Virus record (IMG/VR): IMGVR_UViG_3300038554_000001
Coordinates: 1-25,014 of that record
From: a virus
Taxonomy: Duplodnaviria; Caudoviricetes
Strand: one strand, 5' to 3'
DNA: 25,014 bases
In this document: positions 7,293 to 14,052 of the stretch, piece by piece
Position numbering within the stretch: position 1 is the first letter of the stretch
Layout of the letters: each line of letters opens with the position of its first letter
Notes under the pieces: generated by a model
Database searches by the model: none
What the model was told of the DNA's origin: nothing
What the model saw: the letters and a program-made list of their open reading frames with translations, nothing else
Made by a program: the position numbers and the translations under genes

Positions 7293-7523
7293 ATGGACTA
7301 CCGGAAGTGGCCCCAGCTCGGGGCTGACCTCATCGACCACCTCGAAAAAGCCTTCCCAGAGAAGAGCCCCCAGAAGGGCGAGACCCTGGAGAACCTCATG
7401 TTCCGAGGAGGGCAGAGAGACGTGGTCTCCACCCTCCGGGCGGTCTTCACCCAACAGAACGAGACCGTCCTAAATGTGCTTGAAGATGAGTCAGTCGGCC
7501 GCTCGTCGGGCGATGATCGCTGA
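7293..7523 (+). CDS. small conserved protein in the gp6.5 position (76 aa)
   Basis: The P.L...LI..L...FP...P.........GQ..VV..L pattern resembles small ORFs found ahead of podovirus portal genes. ATG 7293 is preferred over GTG 7227. Confidence 0.65.
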   Translation: MDYRKWPQLGADLIDHLEKAFPEKSPQKGETLENLMFRGGQRDVVSTLRAVFTQQNETVLNVLEDESVGRSSGDDR

Positions 7524-7692
7524 CGCGGCCAGAGCCGCTACACCTCCCGCTCCCGAGCCCGAGAAGACCGCTGAGGCGGTACAGGGCGCCCCCGCGTCCC
7601 AGACCGATGACGAGCTTTCGAGCGCCCGGCGTGGCCGTAGCGCGCTCCGTGTCGGCCTCTCCCAGACCGGCCTGAACGTTCCCCAGGGCTGA
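7474..7692 (+). CDS. virion assembly protein (T7 gp7.3/gp6.7-like)
   Basis: MC start, Pro/Ala-rich middle and C-terminal RRGRSALRV...TGLNVP. Lies immediately before the portal gene. Confidence 0.7.
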   Translation: MCLKMSQSAARRAMIADAARAATPPAPEPEKTAEAVQGAPASQTDDELSSARRGRSALRVGLSQTGLNVPQG

Positions 7693-7696
7693 TCCA

Positions 7697-9244
7697 ATGG
7701 CCCTCTCCGCGGCTGGGCGCTACACCCAACTCCAAGGCCAGCGGGACCCGTTTCTTAGACGAGCCCGCGAGTCGGCCAAGCTCACCATCCCGGCTCTCAT
7801 GCCAGAGGAGGGGAGCAACGGCTCCACCCAATTCATCACGCCGTTCCAGGGCCTCGGGGCCGATGGCGTGAATACCCTCTCAGCGAAGCTCTTGCTTGCG
7901 CTGCTCCCCCCTAACTCCCCCTTCTTCCGCCTCCAGATTGACGACTTCACGCTTGAGCGCCTGACCCAACGGGAAGGCATGCGCGGCGAAGTCGAGAAGG
8001 CCCTCAACAAGATTGAGCGCGCCGTCATGACGGAGATTGAGACGACCAGTCTCCGCGTCCAGTCCGGTGAGGCGCTCAAGCAACTCATCGTCGCCGGCAA
8101 CGCTCTCCTGTTCATGATGCCCGAGCGCGGCATGCGGGTCTTCCACCTGGACCGATACGTGGTCCACCGGGACCCCGCAGGGAACGTTCTGGAGATCATC
8201 ACGAAGGAGTCAGTGGCTCCCTCCGCGCTCCCTGAAGATGTCCGTGAGGCTCTCCCGAAGCCGGCCGTATCCGGCAACGACTCGGTTGAGAAGACCGTGG
8301 ACCTCTACACCTACGTGAGGCGTGGCAATGGCCGCTGGAACATCTTCCAGGAAATCAACGGCGTCGTCGTCCCTGGTTCCCGTGGCTGGTATCCGCTCGA
8401 CAAGAGCCCCTGGATTCCCCTTCGGTGGACCCACGTGGACGGCGAGAGCTACGGCCGTGGCTTCATCGAGGAGCACATTGGCGACCTCCGCTCCCTGGAG
8501 AACCTGACGAAGGCCATCGTGGAAGGCTCCGCGGCGGCTGCGAAGGTCCTCTTCCTCGTGGACCCCAACGGGACCACCCAGCTCCGCACCCTCACGGAAG
8601 CCCGTAGCGGCGCCGTCCGGGCCGGTAACGCGAAGGACGTGAGTGTCCTTCAGCTCGACAAGTACGCGGACTTCCAGATTGCCTTCAAAACCCTGGAGCT
8701 GATTACCCAGCGCCTCTCGAAGGCGTTCATGCTCATGTCCGTGGTCCAGCGACCCGGTGAGCGTGTGACGGCAGAGGAAATCCGGCGCGTTGCCGGTGAG
8801 CTGGATGACGCCTTCGGCGGCACCTACAGCATCCTCTCCCAGGAGTTCCAGCTCCCTCTCGTGTCGAACATCATGTTCCGCATGGAGAAGGCGAAGCGGA
8901 TGCCGACCCTTCCGAAGGACCTTGTCCGCCCGGCCATCACTACCGGCATCGAGGCACTAGGCCGGGGCCAGGACCTCAACAAGCTCGACCAGCTCATGAT
9001 GGGCCTCGCCCAGCTCTTCGGTCCTGAGGCGGTCGCCCAGGAGATGAACGTGGCCGAGTACATCAGCCGCCGCGGTACGGCGCTGGGCATCGACATGGGC
9101 GGCCTCGTGAAGTCCCCCGAGCAAAAGGCTCAGGAAGCTCAACAGGCCCAGATGCAGGCCATGATGGAGAAGCTCGGTCCCAAGGGAATGGACATCGTCC
9201 GTGACCAGATGGACCCCAGTAAGCAGGCCCCCGATGCCCCGTAG
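7697..9244 (+). CDS. head-tail connector (portal, T7 gp8-like)
   Basis: 515 aa with LTIP, QGLGADGVNTLSAKLLLALLPP..PFF, GESYGRG, ERVTAEEIR and TGIEALGRGQD motifs. Confidence 0.97.
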   Translation: MALSAAGRYTQLQGQRDPFLRRARESAKLTIPALMPEEGSNGSTQFITPFQGLGADGVNTLSAKLLLALLPPNSPFFRLQIDDFTLERLTQREGMRGEVEKALNKIERAVMTEIETTSLRVQSGEALKQLIVAGNALLFMMPERGMRVFHLDRYVVHRDPAGNVLEIITKESVAPSALPEDVREALPKPAVSGNDSVEKTVDLYTYVRRGNGRWNIFQEINGVVVPGSRGWYPLDKSPWIPLRWTHVDGESYGRGFIEEHIGDLRSLENLTKAIVEGSAAAAKVLFLVDPNGTTQLRTLTEARSGAVRAGNAKDVSVLQLDKYADFQIAFKTLELITQRLSKAFMLMSVVQRPGERVTAEEIRRVAGELDDAFGGTYSILSQEFQLPLVSNIMFRMEKAKRMPTLPKDLVRPAITTGIEALGRGQDLNKLDQLMMGLAQLFGPEAVAQEMNVAEYISRRGTALGIDMGGLVKSPEQKAQEAQQAQMQAMMEKLGPKGMDIVRDQMDPSKQAPDAP

Positions 9245-9413
9245 AAGGACCACCCCCGTGGAAGCGACTGAGACCCCTGTGGTGCCCGCTGAGGCGCCCG
9301 TTACCGAGACCCCGGAAGTCCCCGTTGTGGAGACCCCGGAAGTGACCAGCCCCGAGCCCGTGACCGGCCCCACCCGCGTGGTGAAGGACGGCATGGTCAT
9401 CGAAACCTTCTGA
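9234..9413 (+). CDS. small Pro/Thr/Glu-rich protein (59 aa)
   Basis: ATG 9234 overlaps the portal end. ETP(E/V)V repeats, with a 14-bp direct repeat GAGACCCCGGAAGT at 9306-9319 and 9330-9343. Confidence 0.65.
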   Translation: MPRRRTTPVEATETPVVPAEAPVTETPEVPVVETPEVTSPEPVTGPTRVVKDGMVIETF

Positions 9414-9419
9414 GGACCC

Positions 9420-10298
9420 ATGACGACCCCCTCTCCCGAGACGACCAACACGCCGACCGATACGACCGCGACGACGCCCCCGGCCCCCGGCACGCCGGCT
9501 CATGACGCCGCCCTCGCGGCCACCTTCGAGAACCGCGACAAGGCTGCGGCCGAGAACCGCCAGCCCGAGACCCCCAAGGCCGAGAAGCCGGCAGGGCTCC
9601 CGGATGCGTTCTGGGATGCCGAGAAGGGCGAGGTGAACGCCGCTGCCTTCGAGGCCCTGAACAAGCCCGCTGACAAGGCCGATGAGCCCGCCCCGAAGAC
9701 GGACGCTGAGAAGGCCGCTGAAGCTGCCAAGAGCGAGCCCGTGAAGGCTTTCGAGGCGGTCACCGCTGAGGGCACCAAGGCTCTCACGGAAGTTGGCCTC
9801 GACTACGCCAAGTACGCCGAGAGCTACCAGAAGAACGGCGGCAAGCTTACGGATGCCGACTACGCCGAGATGGCGTCGAAGAACATCCCGAAGGCAGTCG
9901 TGGACGCCCACATTGCCGGCCTCGTGGCCCACGCCAATGCGGAAGCTGCGACCATCCAGGCCAGCGTCTATTCCGTGGTTGGCGGTGAAGCCAAGTACGG
10001 GGAGATGGTGACCTGGGCCAAGGCGAACGTCCCGGCCGGTGACCTCGCGGCCTTCGACAAGGTCATCGACACGGGCTCCATCGACGCCGTGAAGATGGCC
10101 GTGGAGAACCTGTACGGGAAGATGGTCGCTGCCACCGGCTCCGAGCCCCGCCTCGTGAACGGTAGCGGCCCCGCGGTCAACGACGCCTTCGAGTCCACGG
10201 CCCAGCTCACGGACGCCATGAAGGACCCGCGCTATCGTGCGGACCCGGCGTACCGGAAGGCCGTTGAGGCGAAGCTCGCACGTTCGAACATCATGTGA
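9420..10298 (+). CDS. capsid assembly scaffolding protein (T7 gp9-like)
   Basis: GAGGA RBS, acidic Ala-rich sequence, VGGEAKY..MV.WA and the C-terminal F.S..Q...AM.DPRY..DP.YR..VE.KL..S motif. Confidence 0.93.
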   Translation: MTTPSPETTNTPTDTTATTPPAPGTPAHDAALAATFENRDKAAAENRQPETPKAEKPAGLPDAFWDAEKGEVNAAAFEALNKPADKADEPAPKTDAEKAAEAAKSEPVKAFEAVTAEGTKALTEVGLDYAKYAESYQKNGGKLTDADYAEMASKNIPKAVVDAHIAGLVAHANAEAATIQASVYSVVGGEAKYGEMVTWAKANVPAGDLAAFDKVIDTGSIDAVKMAVENLYGKMVAATGSEPRLVNGSGPAVNDAFESTAQLTDAMKDPRYRADPAYRKAVEAKLARSNIM

Positions 10299-10573
10299 TG
10301 CGGCGCGTCTCCTTCCCCTGGAAGAGGCGCTGGCGCCTGACCCTCGCGCTGCTTCTGTGGTGCGGGGTCATGGCCTCTTACATCATCATCTACGCGCCCG
10401 CTGAGGACCGCCTGAGGGAGACCGCCCTCCAGGGCATCTTCCTCCTCACGGGGTCCGTGGCCGGGGCTTACCTGGGCTTCGCCACCTGGGACGACCGCCA
10501 CGCCCGTGGGGTCATGACCCGCCGAGTGGAGCGCGATCCCATCCCCGAGCCCCAGGAGGAGCACGAGAATTGA
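10298..10573 (+). CDS. putative holin (two TM segments)
   Basis: TGATG coupling to the scaffold gene, basic N-terminus, two hydrophobic helices and a charged C-terminus. Directly precedes the spanin pair. Confidence 0.6.
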   Translation: MRRVSFPWKRRWRLTLALLLWCGVMASYIIIYAPAEDRLRETALQGIFLLTGSVAGAYLGFATWDDRHARGVMTRRVERDPIPEPQEEHEN

Positions 10574-10923
10574 CCCTGTTCCTGACCCCTATCCTGGCCC
10601 TGCTTCGTCCCTTCCTGCCGTACTTCATCGCCCTCGCGGCGGTCCTTGTCGTGATCTTCGGGGCCTACCTGAAGGGCAAGGGCGCGGTTCAGGCTGAGTG
10701 GGACGCGGCGGTCCATGCCCAGAACCTCGCGGCCCTGGAGAAGCAAGTCCAGACCGATGCAGCCGTGAAGTCCGCAGACGCGGCCCGAGCGGATGCCGCG
10801 GAGGCCGCTCTCCTCGACTTCCAGAAGAAAGCCAAAGCCAATGCGCAGGGTCTCAAGCATCCTGGCCGTGAGTGCTTTGATGCTGACGACACTCGCCGCG
10901 TGCAACGACTCTTCGAGCGTTAG
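10570..10923 (+). CDS. i-spanin (Rz-like)
   Basis: TTG start after GGAGGAG, an N-terminal TM followed by an Ala-rich coiled-coil region, and a C-terminal Cys. Confidence 0.75.
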   Translation: MTLFLTPILALLRPFLPYFIALAAVLVVIFGAYLKGKGAVQAEWDAAVHAQNLAALEKQVQTDAAVKSADAARADAAEAALLDFQKKAKANAQGLKHPGRECFDADDTRRVQRLFER

Positions 10924-11125
10924 GTTCGTCCAGCTCCCCGGCGTCCCTGAGGACGTGAAGGAGTGCTTCGAGCGGCTTGTTCCAGCACCCAAAGCCAAAA
11001 AGATGACCAGCAAGGAGGTCTTCTCCCTCATCTCTGAGCTTCGCCGCTCGGAGCTGGAGAAGGCCCAGTGCGGGTCCCGTGTGGTGTCTCTCTGGGAAGA
11101 CTACCGGGCCGCGTACAAGGACTAG
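10841..11125 (+). CDS. o-spanin lipoprotein (Rz1-like)
   Basis: MRRVSSILAVSALMLTTLAAC signal peptide with an LAAC lipobox, in the +1 frame overlapping the Rz 3' end. Pro-containing mature part with two further Cys. Confidence 0.78.
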   Translation: MRRVSSILAVSALMLTTLAACNDSSSVRFVQLPGVPEDVKECFERLVPAPKAKKMTSKEVFSLISELRRSELEKAQCGSRVVSLWEDYRAAYKD

Positions 11126-11130
11126 TTCCG

Positions 11131-11302
11131 GGCCTCGCGAGAGGTTCCGCGCCTATCCCTAAGGGGACCGTGAAGGGACCCTCACACTACCAGTCCGCTA
11201 CGCCTGGATAGTCCCTGAGGGTCCCCGAACAATCCTGAAGGTTTCGAGAAGCAACAGCCACACCTGCCGTTCTCGGCGGTGGCCTGAAGACACGTCGTCT
11301 TC
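11131..11302 (+). other. multi-hairpin structured leader upstream of the major capsid gene
   Basis: GGCCTC-GCGA-GAGGTT at 11131-11146; a 10-bp perfect stem GGGACCCTCA/TGAGGGTCCC (11175-11184/11216-11225) extended by ACTACCAG/CTGGATAGT; GCCAC..TGCCG-TTCT-CGGCG.GTGGC near 11257-11283; GAAGAC/GTCTTC at 11286-11302. Confidence 0.55.
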
Positions 11303-11334
11303 TCACGGCTTACTCGGCACCCCCAGGTTTTTAC

Positions 11335-12285
11335 ATGGCTGACGCCAACGTTGCTCGCATTGGTCAGATCAATCAGACCGGCGACGTTACCGCCCTGTTC
11401 CTGAAGGTGTTCGCTGGCGAAGTTCTGACGGCTTTCGATGCCGAGAACCTCTCGCTCGCGCGCACTCAGGTTCGTTCCATTTCCAACGGCAAGTCCGCCC
11501 AGTTCCCGCGCTCGGGTCTGATCGGCGCCAACTACCACACACCCGGCACTGAGATTGTCGGCACGAAGATCAATCAGGCCGAAGTGGTCATCAACATCGA
11601 TGACCTTCTCATCTCGCACGGCTTCATCGCCAACATCGATGAGGCGATGAACCACTACGATGTCCGCTCGATCTACTCGACGGAGATTGGTCGTGCCCTC
11701 GCCAAGCAGATGGACTACCACATCCTCCAGACCGGCGTCCTTGGCGCTCGTCAGGCGAACGTGGTCACCGGCCTTCCGGGCGGCTCCGTCATCACCCTCG
11801 GGGCGGCTGGCGATGAGCTGAACGGCCTGAAGCTCGCGGCGGCCCTCTTCCAGGCGGCCCAGCTCCTCGATGAGAAGAACGTCCCGGCTGACGGCCGTAC
11901 GGTCTTCCTTCGCCCGGCCCAGTACTACGCCCTGGCGCAGTCCACGCTGGTCATCAACAAGGACTGGGGTGGCGCTGGCGCGTACTCGGACGGCAAGGTC
12001 CTCCGCGTTGCTGGCATCGAAATCCTGAAGACCAACAACCTGCCGAACACCGTCGTCGCCAACGGCACGGTCCAGGCCGGCACCGCCAACCGCTACGCGG
12101 GCGACTTCGCGAAGACCGTTGGTCTCGTGATGCACTCTTCGGCGGTCGGCACCGTGAAGCTCCTCGATCTGGGCATGGAGACCCAGTACGACGTTCGCCG
12201 TCAGGGCACCCTCATGGTCGCCAAGTTCGCTTGCGGCCACGGCGTTCTTCGCCCCGAGGCGGCCATCGAAATCAAGTCGTTCTGA
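11335..12285 (+). CDS. major capsid protein (T7 gp10-like)
   Basis: ALFLKVFAGEVLTAF, RSISNGKSAQFP, INIDDLLIS, HYDVRSIYS.E.G.ALA, SAVGTVKL and GHGVLRPE motifs. Strongly biased codons. Confidence 0.98.
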   Translation: MADANVARIGQINQTGDVTALFLKVFAGEVLTAFDAENLSLARTQVRSISNGKSAQFPRSGLIGANYHTPGTEIVGTKINQAEVVINIDDLLISHGFIANIDEAMNHYDVRSIYSTEIGRALAKQMDYHILQTGVLGARQANVVTGLPGGSVITLGAAGDELNGLKLAAALFQAAQLLDEKNVPADGRTVFLRPAQYYALAQSTLVINKDWGGAGAYSDGKVLRVAGIEILKTNNLPNTVVANGTVQAGTANRYAGDFAKTVGLVMHSSAVGTVKLLDLGMETQYDVRRQGTLMVAKFACGHGVLRPEAAIEIKSF

Positions 12286-12291
12286 TCTGAT

Positions 12292-12308
12292 CTACCCATA
12301 ACTGGGTA
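12292..12308 (+). promoter_or_regulatory. dispersed motif copy 5 (CTACCCATAACTGGGTA)
   Basis: Perfect TACCCA-TAAC-TGGGTA between the capsid stop and the terminator. Confidence 0.6.
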
Positions 12309-12320
12309 ATTCCCACCTTG

Positions 12321-12358
12321 AACCGGGTGAGGGCCTTCGGGCCTTCCCCGGTTTTTTT
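12321..12358 (+). terminator. intrinsic terminator after the capsid gene (T-phi position)
   Basis: AACCGGG..GGGCC-TTCG-GGCCT..CCCGGTT with a C(UUCG)G loop, ending in a T7 run. Confidence 0.88.
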
Positions 12359-12374
12359 CGCTCATGGAGGCCAC

Positions 12375-12668
12375 ATGGCTCTCGCAAGAGACAAGTTCGG
12401 TAACCCGGTCCAGGCCCTCGAAATCGGCGTTACCCAGAAGATCGCAGTAGGCGCGGCCTCGACCACCTCAACGGCCATCTCGGCGGACGTTATCCGCGTC
12501 AAGGCCACGGTCGATTGTCATATCAAGGTCGGCGTAGGCGCCACGACCAACGACCTCCTCCTCTCCGCGGGAGAGACGGAGTACTTCTCCTTCGGCACTG
12601 GAGGAACGCTCGCGGTGATCCGCGCGGGCACCACGGACGGCTCCCTCTTCATCACGGCGATGTCCTGA
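12375..12668 (+). CDS. putative capsid decoration / head-spike base protein (97 aa)
   Basis: Strong GGAGG RBS before ATG 12375. Small, beta-strand-like, Gly/Ala/Thr-rich protein directly after the capsid gene. Confidence 0.6.
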   Translation: MALARDKFGNPVQALEIGVTQKIAVGAASTTSTAISADVIRVKATVDCHIKVGVGATTNDLLLSAGETEYFSFGTGGTLAVIRAGTTDGSLFITAMS

Positions 12669-13450
12669 TGTTGGGCCGTCCTGGGGGCCTGGGTAAGCAC
12701 TCCAGGCGCCGCTCCGCTGCGGGGGCCGCGGCCCTCACCTTAGAAGAGGCCATTGCCGCCGTCCCCAACGTAACGCTTCGCCTCCAGAACAGCGGTCTCA
12801 GCGTCACGAACGGGGCGGTTGTCGCGTGGGCTAACCAGGGAAGCGCGGGTGGCACCACGAGTGGGGCCAGCGGTAACAACACCTGGGAGACGAACTCGAT
12901 TAACGGGTTCCCGGCTGCGCTGGCTGACGCTAGCGGCGAGGGTATGACGCTTTCGGGCGTGACCGGGAGTAGCCTTCTCGGCTCAACCTTCGAGGCAACT
13001 TGGTTCTTCGCAGAGCGGAGGACCGGAAACCAGGGCGCCAGCTCGTCTCCGTTTGGCAACAACGTCATCTTCGGTGACGCATCGGGGCACTATCGAATCA
13101 ACTTTGCCCAAAACAGCCGTCGGCTGTTCTTCGGGTTCTTCAATCCGAGCCACACCGGGTTCGATACAGGTATCGTTGTCCCTGACGCTGTACCGTATGT
13201 GTGTGCCATTCGGTTCAAGGCCGACGGTTCGTTGCGAGTGAACCTGAACGGGGTCGTGACGACCTTCCCCGCAAATACAATGCTGGGGGCCACGACCGCA
13301 TACCAGGGCGTCGCGCCTTGGATCAACTACAATCAGGGAGGCGGCGCATCACGCGGCCACTTCTACATGATTTCGTCGGACCCCGTGTCTGACACCATCA
13401 TGGACAACATGGTGGACGCCATGAAGGCATCGCCTCAGCTCTACGGCTGA
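12668..13450 (+). CDS. putative head fibre / lectin-like (LamG/ConA-like) virion protein (260 aa)
   Basis: TGATG coupling. Short Gly-rich N-terminal peptide, then V..W.NQ.S.G and NSINGFPA segments of the kind seen in ConA/LamG-like phage domains; rich in Gly, Asn, Ser and aromatics. Confidence 0.55.
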   Translation: MLGRPGGLGKHSRRRSAAGAAALTLEEAIAAVPNVTLRLQNSGLSVTNGAVVAWANQGSAGGTTSGASGNNTWETNSINGFPAALADASGEGMTLSGVTGSSLLGSTFEATWFFAERRTGNQGASSSPFGNNVIFGDASGHYRINFAQNSRRLFFGFFNPSHTGFDTGIVVPDAVPYVCAIRFKADGSLRVNLNGVVTTFPANTMLGATTAYQGVAPWINYNQGGGASRGHFYMISSDPVSDTIMDNMVDAMKASPQLYG

Positions 13451-13476
13451 TTACACCACCCTCAAAGGTAAACCTC

Positions 13477-14052
13477 ATGGACCTCACTCCGACAACGGAG
13501 CTGGAGGCCGTGAACCGCATGCTCATCAACATCGGTGAGACCCCCATCAACACCCTGGAGAACCCTGGGGTGGTCGATGCTGTGCGCGCACGGCAAACGC
13601 TCTACGACACTTCTCGGACCCTACAGGCCCAGGGCTGGCACTGGAACCGGGACCGGGACTTCACCCTACCGACCTCACTCCCGGATGGGGAGATTATGGT
13701 CCCGGCGAATGCCCTCACGGTCACCCTAAAAAGCACCGGGTGTGAGGACGTGGTTCTCCGTGGACGGCGCCTCTACGACGCCCGGAGGCACACCTACAGT
13801 TTCGACCGCGGCATTGTAGCGGACGTGGTGACCCTACTCCCATTCGATGAGCTGCCGGAACCCGCGCGCCAGTACGTCACCCTCTCGGCCTGCCGTACCT
13901 TCCAGGAGAACGTGGTGGGCTCTGAGACGCTCTCGGGCTTCGACAGGCGCGACGAGAAGCTGGCCTGGGCTTCGTTGATGAACGCGGAGGCTGAGGAGTC
14001 CAACCTAAACGTCCTTTCCGAGCCCTCAGTCTCCCGAGTGCTGGGCCGATGA
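13477..14052 (+). CDS. tail tubular protein A (T7 gp11-like)
   Basis: TELEAVN.ML..IGE.PIN, Q.QGWHWN, RG.RLYD and PFDELPE motifs. Confidence 0.95.
   Translation: MDLTPTTELEAVNRMLINIGETPINTLENPGVVDAVRARQTLYDTSRTLQAQGWHWNRDRDFTLPTSLPDGEIMVPANALTVTLKSTGCEDVVLRGRRLYDARRHTYSFDRGIVADVVTLLPFDELPEPARQYVTLSACRTFQENVVGSETLSGFDRRDEKLAWASLMNAEAEESNLNVLSEPSVSRVLGR

Noticed and set aside
11126-11334. tRNA gene in the long intergenic region
   Set aside because: No cloverleaf with a T-loop/D-loop consensus and acceptor stem could be built.
12240-12320. T7 gp10B-like frameshift extension of the capsid protein
   Set aside because: No slippery sequence is evident near the stop, and a terminator follows immediately.
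12515-12667. Upstream extension of the 311-aa ORF given in the track (similar over-extended starts at 5383, 6003, 7227, 9201, 10793, 12318, 16388 and 17471)
   Set aside because: The extensions overlap other genes or regulatory elements. Coupled or RBS-supported downstream starts fit better.
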